Shown one piece after another: positions 11,635 through 22,279 of a stretch of DNA of 64,000 nt. The translations under genes were made by a program, and so were the position numbers. The stretch's first letter is position 1, and every line of letters begins with the position of its first letter. The DNA comes from Schizochytrium sp. TIO01 (Eukaryota > Protista > Bigyra: Labyrinthulomycetes). The stretch lies in assembly GCA_004764695.1 (NCBI GenBank), contig SMSO01000037.1, positions 3,138,747 through 3,202,746 of the forward strand. Direction: 5' to 3'. The notes beneath the pieces were generated by a model that did no database searches, was not told the origin of the DNA, and was given only the letters and a program-made list of their open reading frames with translations.

Positions 11635-12659
11635 CGCGCCGCCTGAGGTAGCCTCTCTCCAAAACCTGAGACCACCTATTTCGGATTTGTTTGCCTATGT
11701 AGGCGGAACCAATCTACGAATAATATGAGATATACTTCATTGATATGTTGTGAATGTGAGCGATCGATTACCTCAATGTTTTACGTACCAGTGCCTTACT
11801 GGTAGTTAGTCCTTTTGAGAACATTAATAAAGAATAAAAAAATGTTTTTTTCCTTGAATTTCTTATCATGAGATTTGAGAGCGCCTTCTCTCATGAGCCA
11901 TTTCGTGACACAGATGATTTCGTCATGGATATTGGTTGAAGTCAAAATATCTACATGGAGGACAAGGCAGCCATATAAACGTGATTCAGTTTGCATCCGC
12001 ATAATATATAACCCTTTCATCAGGCTATCAAGCTATGTAAGCCCAGTGCTCAGAAGATTAGCAAAACTCTAGATTAGCTCGTGAAAAGCTTGTAACACAG
12101 TGGGCTTTCCTTCGCTCAATATCCTAGGTTGAAGGTCGCGATTGATTAATCTATCTGGTGTTTGCTCTCCGACAAAATACATCTTTGAAGCTTGCGTGTC
12201 AGCCCTCAATGCCGTGCGTTTCCATCGTTCATCAGAATGTCTATCCCCAAACTATGATAGTAGAAAGGCTACTTCCTGAATTAGGATTATTACCGACTTT
12301 GATGATCACCTGACCTTTAAAATGAGAATCTGTATGACTTCCTTGCACCAACAGTAGCTGCTTGCTCCATTCCTTCATGAACGAATTCAAGACTTGCAAA
12401 GCTCCCTTGGTTACCTGTTTTCCTAAAATTCTTTTTTAATTACAAATAGTACTACATTCATCATTAGAAGAGACCTGATTTTGTAGATTTAATAGTAGGT
12501 AAGTAGTCCTACCTAGGTGCGTAGTTGATAGATACCCTCTTTTTTTGTCAATTAAGGCAGCAGAACTAATCCACGTGCACGCAATTTAGCGCGACAACCT
12601 AGAAGGTCCTGTTACTCCTTAATCGGAGCTCCGGACTGGAATTGCGACTTAGGAGCAGC

Positions 12660-14363
12660 ATGTGGCTTTTCCGCCGCCGGGGTATCAGAGGAGATCCACG
12701 GCAGGCAGATCGTCCGCTGGAAGGCAACTCCAGCCTCATCAGCGCTGGAAATGTTACTAGTTACCCAACGCCTCAAGACAATATTGCAGTGGGCGTCTCC
12801 TGCGATGCAGATGATGACAACGGTGTAAATGATTCTGCTAGCGAGGACGGAATAGAGTATATTTGGCAAGCGGCGTCTGTACTGGTCGATGGATTTTCGG
12901 TGCGAAATCTTCGTATTTGCAATTTGCCCGACCTTGAGGTCCTGCCCTCAAGACTCCATGTTCAGGCAAAACTTGAACTTATCAGGCTTCCTGCGCTTTG
13001 GGGGATTCCAGAGGATCTTAGCATTATGAGCCTCTCGGTGATCAACTGTGCTTCCTTTACTGCCATGCCTGATATGGTCTTTTACCATGATCTACATCTT
13101 CAAGGACTTCCAGTTTTGCAAACCTTACCATCTGCTGTAGAGGTGGAAGGCAATGTCGTGTTGATAAATTTACCTGCTCTACAAGAATTACCAGCATATC
13201 TTCATGTGCAAGGAAACCTATGTATTTACAACTGTCACGAACTTTGCACTCTGCCGGATGGTGTATGTGTCGACGGAGATATTGTTATTGAGAATTGTCC
13301 TAGGGTTACTACTTTGGCGATCTCGATGCTTGAAAGCCGTGGCGCAGTTCATCTGCGTGGGACCGGAATTACAGATGATGAAATTACACGTCTTCAAGGT
13401 CTTGCGCATCCAGCTTTACAATTTCTCTTGAGTGGAGATACCTTAGATTTATTTGAAACTCTAGAGGAAGCTGTCAATTTTTGGATATCACTCGTGCAAG
13501 AAGCTGGACTGGACACCGACCCAAACATAGTAGAAAACCTTGAATCCTGTGTTGATGAAGCTTACTGTGACTCACTTTTACAGTTCCTGCACAAGTTACG
13601 AACATGCAAAGAATATAGGCTGGAAGATCTGCGCTCGACGCTTGCTTTTCAAGTCGTAGAAGCTATTGAGCTCATTATTAGTGACGAAATTGCACGTCCG
13701 CAAATTTTGCTGCAAATTTCAAACAGCGTAGACTCCTGTGGGGACCAAGTGGCATGGGCGCTGAATCAACTCAGCTTAGGCTCTTTGATTGCACACGCGC
13801 GGGGAGATAGGGAGGCTCTGCGAGAGCTGGGTTTACGAGTTATGCGCCTAGAAATAGTTCATGACCATGCAAGGAAGACTGTAGCTCGTATTCATGGAGA
13901 TAGTTTTTCAGAGGAGGTGGAGGTGTATCTTGGCTTTGAAATTGCACTGCGTGACCGCTTGAATCTACCTGTGACTGTCTCGGCCATGCTCTACCCGCGT
14001 TACGTGCAACAGCTTGCAGAAGTAAACTTTGAAGACGCTTCTGAAGCAGCTATGAACATAACAAGTGAAGATTTCGAGACATGGCTCTTGCATTGGGATG
14101 AGTGGCTCCGGCAAGATCGTCTTGAGACCTGCCAAAGCTTGCAATGGGAAGCTCTCCCTCTAAGTCGGCTCAGCGCAGATGACGACTTCCCGACAGATCT
14201 TTATGGCGATCCTGCAGTGCATCCTGTTCGATTAGGCTCGTTACAGACCCCGTGCGAGCTTGATGATCTAGTGGCTCATTGGGTGTCTACTAGCCGAGAT
14301 TTCAATAACTCTTTCTACTCTGTAGAAGACTTCCTGCGCAACTTGCAGCGGGTTTCAACGTAA
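12660..14363 (+). CDS. LRR + NEL (novel E3 ligase, IpaH/SspH/SlrP type) ubiquitin ligase with a possible degenerate U-box-like tail
   Basis: About 22-aa LRRs (LxxLPxxLxVxGxLxIxxC). The NEL core reads LLQFLHKL...QVVEAIELI...SCGDQVAWALNQL...RLEIVHDHAR...EEVEVYLGFEIALRDRLNLP...MLY, collinear with the IpaH-type FLDRL...SCEDRVALTWNNL...FRLE...DEIEVYLAFQ pattern. The Cys codon is at 13737-13739. The first ATG is at 12660. Confidence 0.82.
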   Translation: MWLFRRRGIRGDPRQADRPLEGNSSLISAGNVTSYPTPQDNIAVGVSCDADDDNGVNDSASEDGIEYIWQAASVLVDGFSVRNLRICNLPDLEVLPSRLHVQAKLELIRLPALWGIPEDLSIMSLSVINCASFTAMPDMVFYHDLHLQGLPVLQTLPSAVEVEGNVVLINLPALQELPAYLHVQGNLCIYNCHELCTLPDGVCVDGDIVIENCPRVTTLAISMLESRGAVHLRGTGITDDEITRLQGLAHPALQFLLSGDTLDLFETLEEAVNFWISLVQEAGLDTDPNIVENLESCVDEAYCDSLLQFLHKLRTCKEYRLEDLRSTLAFQVVEAIELIISDEIARPQILLQISNSVDSCGDQVAWALNQLSLGSLIAHARGDREALRELGLRVMRLEIVHDHARKTVARIHGDSFSEEVEVYLGFEIALRDRLNLPVTVSAMLYPRYVQQLAEVNFEDASEAAMNITSEDFETWLLHWDEWLRQDRLETCQSLQWEALPLSRLSADDDFPTDLYGDPAVHPVRLGSLQTPCELDDLVAHWVSTSRDFNNSFYSVEDFLRNLQRVST

Positions 14364-14566
14364 TCATACTGTTCAGTATATCTTTCAGTTGAACCACTGG
14401 CTGTAAAATATCAGCAACGTTTTCTGTCGTTAATCTCATTGTAAAGTAAGACAATATTTATTTGCATACGTTCCTGAAGCATCCTTCATTGGATATAAGT
14501 CAAATTGATTCTTCTTTTTAAAGTAGCACTACCAAGGGGGATAGACTTGCAACGCTTGCATCGAGC

Positions 14567-15103
14567 TTAATACATAACTTGCATTTGGTTTTCTTGGCGC
14601 TGGAGCTCATCAATGTGATTGTGTTGGCGTTGCAAAGCTTGGCCAAGGCTATTGTTGCGCTGTTCCCAAGGCTCCACATTCTCATGGCCGAGACGTTGCT
14701 TGATGGCGCGTTGTCGAGCTGCAGAAATGCCTCCAATCCACTGCTCTCGCTCCCCTGCAGAGCCCGCAGAGAACAAGTAGGTCTTACGCACTGAAATGAG
14801 CCTGAATGCAAATGGAAGGACTTCGCCATCATCATCCACTTCATAGTCCGCCAGTTCTACAGTGAAATCCTCCAGATCAAGAGGCACACCCTTGGGACGC
14901 TTATGATTCTCAGAAGCGAACCTGTACAAGAACTTACCTCGAATCACAGCAAACCTGCGTTTGTATATGGTTCCAAAGCACGGCATTGTCTGAAATTTCA
15001 GTCCGCGTTTCAACAGGTATCCTTGAACCACGTTGTGGTCATCTCCTGGGACCGTTCCGAACCGATCGACATCAAGCGGGGCGAGCATCGGGTTTTGCCT
15101 CAA
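14567..15103 (-). CDS. PH-domain protein (sesquipedalian/PHETA-like); start uncertain
   Basis: VQGYLLKRG...YKRRFAVIRGKFLYRF...PKGVPLDL...FAFRL...TYLFSAGSAGEREQWIGGI. Confidence 0.85.
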   Translation of the reverse strand: MRQNPMLAPLDVDRFGTVPGDDHNVVQGYLLKRGLKFQTMPCFGTIYKRRFAVIRGKFLYRFASENHKRPKGVPLDLEDFTVELADYEVDDDGEVLPFAFRLISVRKTYLFSAGSAGEREQWIGGISAARQRAIKQRLGHENVEPWEQRNNSLGQALQRQHNHIDELQRQENQMQVMY

Positions 15104-15717
15104 GCAGACTTCTTTAGAAGAAAGGTTACGAGACGCTTAAACTCTTCTCAAATTCCTCTGTATCGACGAAAGGGTTTCTCGCAGCAGCAGTGCTTCGTTC
15201 AACAATCGCGTTTTCATAATGCTTGTTATTCAATCAAGTTCTTCGTTTCTCAAGTACCAGCACAACTAAGGAACCGGCTTGGAACTAGAGGTATCCTACC
15301 TAATTAGACTAGTACTGGAGCTATCTGCGACATGGTTGAATTTTCAACTTGAAGTTGCAGTATTCACAAACGGAACTTTGTTTTCAAAACGCAACCAAAT
15401 GAAAAATAGAAAGTATCATTGGAATATTATTAGAGATACCAGATACGTCATATTTGGGCCTCTGTGCTATAGAATTAGTCATGCTAAGTCAATACAGTTA
15501 CTACAGCCATAGAATGCCTTCCATATTAGTCTCTCTAATATCTTTCTGCGGAGTGCTAAAGGGAGGATATGAAAAGAACTCTAAATGTTGAGATGCCATT
15601 GTAGTACTGCTGAAAAGAGAGACATGCCAAAGTAATTAGAAAGGCAAATAACGGCCTAAAGACCAAAAATCAAAAGTTAAAGTCGGGAAATGTATATGCA
15701 AATATGAATATTTCAAA

Positions 15718-17229
15718 CTAAAATGGGCGAGGGGCACGCTCATAAACCTTGTGGAACTTGACAGGAGATGGTTCTGCCATCGCGTCGGCACTCGGCGCAA
15801 ACCGAGGATCACGGTCAACCACAATGGAAAGAGTATCACGAAGAATACCATCAATAACAGGCTGCAGGCGTTCACCAGCCTTACTAAGATCCGGTTCAGC
15901 ATTAGCCTCAAGCAACCAAACACCCCAATTAGGGTCAATCATGAAATCAAGACCAAAGAGTTCGAAGCAGTTGGCGCGAGGTTGGAAAGTCAGTTCAGAT
16001 GAGGTCGCCTCAACAACCTCTGCACACATGTCGTAGACACGGTTACGGACGGCCTCAAAGCGCTCACGTGCCTCGGTCTCATCCTTCGCAACTCCTGAGG
16101 TAACCATGTCAGGAATTGTTTCCTCAAACAGTCGCATACAACGATGTTGATCCTCCTCAGATAGAACCTCCTGATGAGCAATGTTTGTCAAGTGTGCGCG
16201 AGTGTGCTCGATAGGAGCGTTGCTGTAGGGTTCTAAAGAAAAAATCGCCAAAAAGTCAGGAGACACGTATGCTGTAAGGTTTCCATGAAGAAGCATAAAT
16301 ACGCGGAGATGAAACTTCCGCCCATCCAGCAGTAGAGGTGGCAAATAGTACTGAAGAACAAAGTCACCAGCACGCTGCATTTCATCTGCTTTCACTAAGG
16401 CTTCCCGAAGGGTATCAGGAGAGTCTACCAGTGCAATTCCATTAGCTTGATTCGTAACACTCGGTTTAAGAATCCAAGTCTTTTGAGAAGCATTTTCAAA
16501 CCCTGGAAACCCAGACCGCTCCAGAGCGGCTTCGAGAGCTTTATCAAAGGCTTCTTTTGAGTCTTCATGGCCATCGTTTGCCTCAAGAGTAAGAATATAA
16601 GACTTCGGCGCGATCGGGGTGCGGTCGGAGTACTTGGTACGCCACTTCTCCAAGATGTATCCAAGGTGGCCCTTACGGATGAGGCCCTTGCGGTTATAGT
16701 AGCAGCTCACCAGAGACTTTCCACTTGAGAACTGTTTGCCGAACCATTGCAAGTGCTCATACTCACCCCAGTGAAGGTCAAATGGAACCTCCTCGCCTTC
16801 TTCTTCAGGGACTGAAGTAGAAATGCGCCACTGTGGACGAGACTCGAATGCTGATAGCAGAAGATCCTGAACGTACTCATCTTCAAGCGTAACGAGTGCC
16901 ACGAGGTCACGAGGTCCCGCGTCGGTATCCTGACCATTATTTCCATCAGCATCTGAGCCTTCAGAAGCTTCAATACCATAGCGTTCAGGAAAAAGATTTC
17001 TGTAATATGCTGCATGGTCAAACTTCTCCAGTTCCTCTTCTTCTTCATCGTCATCGTCCTCGCCTTCGTCCTCCGAAGACGACGAGTCCGAGTCGTCGTT
17101 CCTGCGACGGAACATGAGCATGGCTGCCAGGTCGCCATTGTCGCCAGCATCCTCGCCCAAGACACTCTGCAGTGCCGCCAGAGCCCCTGCGCTCAGCGAG
17201 AAGTCATCTCCTGTGCCGGATTCCGACAT
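15718..17229 (-). CDS. Tubulin-tyrosine ligase-like (ATP-grasp) protein, Pby1-like
   Basis: RKGLIRK, WILKPSVTNQANGI, VLQYY...PLLLDGRKFHLRVF, HLTN, FELFGLDFMID, WLLEANAEP. Confidence 0.9.
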   Translation of the reverse strand: MSESGTGDDFSLSAGALAALQSVLGEDAGDNGDLAAMLMFRRRNDDSDSSSSEDEGEDDDDEEEEELEKFDHAAYYRNLFPERYGIEASEGSDADGNNGQDTDAGPRDLVALVTLEDEYVQDLLLSAFESRPQWRISTSVPEEEGEEVPFDLHWGEYEHLQWFGKQFSSGKSLVSCYYNRKGLIRKGHLGYILEKWRTKYSDRTPIAPKSYILTLEANDGHEDSKEAFDKALEAALERSGFPGFENASQKTWILKPSVTNQANGIALVDSPDTLREALVKADEMQRAGDFVLQYYLPPLLLDGRKFHLRVFMLLHGNLTAYVSPDFLAIFSLEPYSNAPIEHTRAHLTNIAHQEVLSEEDQHRCMRLFEETIPDMVTSGVAKDETEARERFEAVRNRVYDMCAEVVEATSSELTFQPRANCFELFGLDFMIDPNWGVWLLEANAEPDLSKAGERLQPVIDGILRDTLSIVVDRDPRFAPSADAMAEPSPVKFHKVYERAPRPF

Positions 17230-17657
17230 CCTCTACACACAGGCCGCTCACGTCCTTGTCCAATTCCATTTCTGCTCGCAAAACCATTGAATACAACAGA
17301 CCAAGACCTAAAAACAATTTTATAAAAACAATTCATATGATGGTTTGTGAATAGAGAATGAAAAGTTACAATGAATTATGGGGTTCCCAATACTATCGAC
17401 TATAGAGGACGCAAATGAAGTATGTCTCAATATTCACTATTAGGCAAACAAATCCATCGTTATTCGATCTATTCATTGATTGATGATTCAATTGAGATCG
17501 ATCTCACATGAGCCTATTATGGCCAAGCACCAAACCGTGATTGAAGAGCAGCCACGCCTCTCTGCGTAGGGAGACGCTCTTTACTTCAGCGACACACTTG
17601 GGGTTGCTGGAGCCGGAGCGGCTGCCCAGAACCTACCTGCCACTCTACCTGCCCTGA

Positions 17658-18956
17658 TTGAGCGGGCGCAGAGCAGAACGGCGGCAGTTTCCGGGTTGTG
17701 GCTTTTCATATTTTGGCCTCACTTGCTTGGCTTTGGTTAGCTCGAACTTATTCAACAATAAGAATTTACGAGATTGGGGTCTCTTGTGCAAAGATTCAGG
17801 CACTATGGGGGTCTCTGCGACAGAGTCCGCAGGAATATGTGCGAAATTGGGAGTGATGGAGGTCCTTGGTGTTCTGGTGATGCTTTTGGGGCTCGCACTG
17901 ACGATTCTGGCGCCAGATATGGATATGCCCACTGCACCTGATCTCGCTGGGGACGCATCGGCAAGCAGCATCACTCTCATGTGGAACGCACCGTTGTCAG
18001 GTTGTTACACGGAAATATGCAAGTATGAGCTAGAGATGGCAAAGGTTCACGTCGTGCATAGCCGCTCCGGACAGGCCAAGAAAGCTGAATGGTATGCCGT
18101 AGAAAAGGGTCTTGTCGAATTCAAACCCAGGACACTCCTCAAACATACCGTTGAAAATCTTGAAGCCAATCAGCCATACCAGTTCAGGGTTCGCCACTGG
18201 GTAGCAGATCTTGAAAACCCTGGATCGAAGGGTGGTAAGTGGGGCCCCTTTAGTAAATCTTCAGGCAGAATATTCACAGAGCAGACACGCCGAGATGCTC
18301 GGGCTCGGTCAAAGAATCAATCAAGACGGATGGTGATTGATTGGAATGGAAAATTGCATAGATTGCGATCCTCAATAGTTTCATTTCTTTGGGGCACAGT
18401 GCACATGTCTTTGGTAACAATGCATTTGAGCCTCGTATGCGTCCTTTTTGGATTTGTTGCCCTCCTCACTGAATCATATGTACCAATCCTGGAGTTCTTC
18501 AATCGTGTGTTTTCTATACCAAAGTTTATCGTCATTTGCAGAACTGCTCTACTCATTCTCATCCTCGCATTAGTGGAACCTCTTGTGAGTACAACAAATA
18601 TCATGGGCCCGCTTCTCTACGGGGCCACAACAGTTGCAAACGTTTCTGCTGTAGTTGCCAGTGGAGGTCTCGCTATCAGCCTTTTGTGGTGGCATTGCTC
18701 TCGGTTTGAGTGGTGGGGCTTTTCCAATGCCCCAAGCTTCTTTGTTGGTGTATGTTTTCTCTCGGGTGTCTACTGGCGTCTCGCGAAACCGCTAGTTGCG
18801 CGTAACTTCCACGCTGAGTCAAGTCCTCAGACAGTCACTCTGCTCATGTATCTTCTTTGGCTGAGCGCTGTTTTTGCGATTGTTCTCATTGTCTCTCTTT
18901 CGACGCGAACCTTCTATGGTGCTCTGAGTGAACGAAAGGGCATCATGTCACGCTAA
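17658..18956 (+). CDS. Fibronectin type III domain multi-pass membrane protein; start uncertain
   Basis: PTAP...SSITLMWNAP...YELE...VENLEANQPYQFRVR...WGPFS, followed by several hydrophobic helices. Confidence 0.75.
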   Translation: MSGRRAERRQFPGCGFSYFGLTCLALVSSNLFNNKNLRDWGLLCKDSGTMGVSATESAGICAKLGVMEVLGVLVMLLGLALTILAPDMDMPTAPDLAGDASASSITLMWNAPLSGCYTEICKYELEMAKVHVVHSRSGQAKKAEWYAVEKGLVEFKPRTLLKHTVENLEANQPYQFRVRHWVADLENPGSKGGKWGPFSKSSGRIFTEQTRRDARARSKNQSRRMVIDWNGKLHRLRSSIVSFLWGTVHMSLVTMHLSLVCVLFGFVALLTESYVPILEFFNRVFSIPKFIVICRTALLILILALVEPLVSTTNIMGPLLYGATTVANVSAVVASGGLAISLLWWHCSRFEWWGFSNAPSFFVGVCFLSGVYWRLAKPLVARNFHAESSPQTVTLLMYLLWLSAVFAIVLIVSLSTRTFYGALSERKGIMSR

Positions 18957-19343
18957 ACAACGCAGGCTTCCAAACAAAAGGCTGCTTCTCGACTGGCAAT
19001 AATCATTAGCAGCATTGTCTGCCAACAGATAGGTTTTGGTTTTTAACAACATAGATATTGTTATAACCAAGAATCTGATCAACAAAACCAGCATATGAAG
19101 TACTTTGTGAACTTATTATGACTATCTTGAGAAAGTAGAATCGGCGAAGACTATTCTCAGATTGGTCTAAGATATGACAGGAGGTGAAAACTCATCCTTC
19201 CTAAAACTTGCCTTTTCTTAGAAATCGGATTTATCTATGCATGGTGATAATTTTTGACCTTGTGAATCTTAGCACATATTTGCAAGCCTCAAGCGATCAA
19301 GGTAGAATGTTCAAACTATTTTTTTTTCAATTCACATTATTAC

Positions 19344-20609
19344 TTAGGGAAGGCCCATAACTACGGAGTTGCAGAGGTATGGATTAGAAAACGTTGTCAT
19401 TTCACCGGCTTGCTTCCCCTGAACTGGAAGGACCCGGCAGGATAAGGGTTTTGACCACTTGCTCGATAGAGCCCATAGATCCATTAACAGAAGGGCAACT
19501 TTGTCTTGTCCAACATCACCGGGGACCGGAACGGTATCAACACCAACACCACATACTGCAGAAAACAACAACAGATCTTGCACAGTGAAACGCCCTGCTG
19601 ACGCTGCCTCAGCAAGGCCCTTATCTTCCATTTGGGGCAGCATTAGTCCAGAATAGCCACACAGGTTAACGTTGGCAGCTTTGCCAGCATCGCGGATGGC
19701 CTGAGTCAACAAATAACAGAGTGAAAGTGTTCCTGTCGTTCCAAACATGCTAGCCTTAGGGTTATTATTAACATGACTCAACATGGTGTGGAATGCTTGA
19801 CCAATACCAGGATCTGACAAACTTGGATTCATAGAGGCGTCCACACCCAAAAACGTTGCCTGAGTTGAGCAAGCAATTTCTTGACAGGCACTTCCAAGTG
19901 GTTTAAGCATACTAACCATGCGATTCATGAGCTCCTCACGACAAAGCTTGTATGCTAAGGCATTCTCATTCTCGCCCATGGAAGCTGTAGCAGCATCCCA
20001 AGCTTCATTAAGCAGATTGCTGGTCTCCAAACCAACTGAGAAACAAATAACATCACTCGCAGAAAAATATGAAGCTGGGAAAAATGGGGTACCACTAGGC
20101 ACATTGGAGCTCACACAAAAACGGAAGCTACCCTCACCATTGCTTCCGATCTTGGCAACCTCCTTCGTTACACCAGCAAGCTTGAAGGCCCGGTCATAGT
20201 CAGGTAGAACTGAGGCAGCCTCGTTTTCTTGCGCCAGACTTGCTGATATATTCAAGTTAGATGACAGCTTGAGGATGCTTGGGATAAGGTTGAAATAGCA
20301 GGAGTCCTTGAGCAAACCAAGGTTGACAAATTGCACATCATGTTTTGCACAAATTGTGCCAAGCCGAGTTAGCTGAGCAAAAACCTCATCCTGACTCAGG
20401 GAAGCAAAATCAATGTACTCTTCGATCGGGTTGCATGACAAACGCAATGTCTGCACGACATCCACGTGTGCATTGCTAGCCAGTAGTTCAGTTTTAGCTT
20501 TCTCCAGAAAAGTTGCGACTGTCTCAACCTTTCGCGACAAGATTTTCTCATCGTCACAATCGCCATGACTCAGAGTTAGAGACGCAGTCACCGTTCGTAC
20601 TACCACCAT
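19344..20609 (-). CDS. DUF711 / UPF0210 family protein
   Basis: VRTVT, PFFPASY, GVDASMNP, GYSGLMLPQMED, SAVCGVGVDTVPVPGD, KPLSCRVLP. Confidence 0.85.
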   Translation of the reverse strand: MVVVRTVTASLTLSHGDCDDEKILSRKVETVATFLEKAKTELLASNAHVDVVQTLRLSCNPIEEYIDFASLSQDEVFAQLTRLGTICAKHDVQFVNLGLLKDSCYFNLIPSILKLSSNLNISASLAQENEAASVLPDYDRAFKLAGVTKEVAKIGSNGEGSFRFCVSSNVPSGTPFFPASYFSASDVICFSVGLETSNLLNEAWDAATASMGENENALAYKLCREELMNRMVSMLKPLGSACQEIACSTQATFLGVDASMNPSLSDPGIGQAFHTMLSHVNNNPKASMFGTTGTLSLCYLLTQAIRDAGKAANVNLCGYSGLMLPQMEDKGLAEAASAGRFTVQDLLLFSAVCGVGVDTVPVPGDVGQDKVALLLMDLWALSSKWSKPLSCRVLPVQGKQAGEMTTFSNPYLCNSVVMGLP

Positions 20610-22279
20610 TCTATTTTATCTTGTCTTTCAATTGAACGTCTCTTTTCACTCTAACTAAGCTGTGTGGTGATAGTTTACTCAACAATCGCAAATTGTCTGG
20701 GCTTCTTCACAGCCGCAGAGGACTTCATTGAGTATTGAGTGCTCTCGATCAGCTTTTAAATCTAAAAAAATCTCTAAAAGATCCAAAAAACAAAATTGAA
20801 TAAATCGGAGCAACAAATAGTAGGAATCAAAGAAGTATGCCGGGGAGCTATCCATGATTAGGGCCAATTGATTACATAGAAACGTTTTAGAGTGGCGCAT
20901 ATTGACACTTCTAGATCAGAGAATTAATTGAGGGTTCAAAACCATCAATCTTGAAATTTTCTTCAAGTTTTGAGTGAAACAATATTAATTTCTATTGTCC
21001 AAACAGAGATGGACACGTTCTTCATTGTGTGAAACTTTTGCCTTTTCTCACTATGCAATAGATTTGCCATAAATATTCGACATTCTCAAATTTCATGAAG
21101 TCATGCCTTCATCTTTCAAGCCATATAATTCAATAAATCAAAATAGATACTTGTGAACTTTATAAATCAAACCAATTACAGTTCTAGCATTGATAAGTAG
21201 CTCGCATACGGAATCGCAGGCTAAGTTCGCCATTCAGTATATGTATCATGTCCTCGCTTCTCGAACTCTCATTTTCATCATTGGCCATGCTGGTAGTAAA
21301 AGTCTCCGGTCTCCAATCTTAAAGCTACTATTATTTTCCTTCTTTTCCTGCTTTCAGCTTTCAAGCAAGACTAGGCCTATTGTTATCACTAACTAGGACT
21401 CTTATGCTCTTCCCCTCACGACCTTACAAATAGCTACTAATGCAGACCTATGTGAGTATCCATTAGCACACCTCACAGTATTAGGTAACAATGTCTTCTC
21501 CTTCTCGGCAAAAGTAGCCGTTGAGCGCACGTGCGTCAGAACAAAGTAACGATGACCGTGCTCGGGTTTCTTTTATTTCTTGAAGGCAGTCTGTGGCCTC
21601 ACGAAAAAGCTTTGAGACTTTAGGAAGAACGAAGGGCATTGAAAACTATAGCAGATGGAAGTAGTAGAAGCGAAAACTGCGAGTGAGGGATGAAACGGAG
21701 TTGGGCACAGCGAGAGACGGTTTGGCCAGCGAGTGAACCTAAAAGTGCAAAAGCAACTAAAAGCAATCACAGCAATCCGAAGGATTGACATACTCCTTTA
21801 TCTATTAGAGAGGTAACTTGTTTGCTGGTTAGTGCAGTCAATTGATTTGGACAAAAGCAGAAACTAGGATCCACGAATTCATTAAGCAACTACCTGACAC
21901 AGCAACGTTGTCTGCCAAGGTTGTTGCTGCTGCTGATACTGCTACAATCAACTGTGCTGTTAGAGTGGTAGCATACTTCTCATCAAAAAAGTAGACGGTC
22001 ATCATATAAACTGAGAACTGGTACCTTGAGCCTCTACTACCTACCATCGCAGAGACTTTTAACTTGTCTTCAAGTGTATTGTGTGCACAAACAGCGACGT
22101 CCTTACCCAATTCTGGTGTTGAGTGAGCAAATCCTATTTCCGCGCAGAGGACGCGGCGGCCACCGTGCCAAGGTGCAGCCTTCGAAGGTGAAGATCTGAA
22201 GCGGAGACAATACAAAGGCTTGCTGTGATTGCCGGTTCTCGGGATCGAATCGCATTGTGAACGCGTTGCCTCAAGCGCA

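Noticed and set aside
11033-11728. 231-aa plus-strand ORF
   Set aside because: Antisense to the conserved RAD50 N-terminus.
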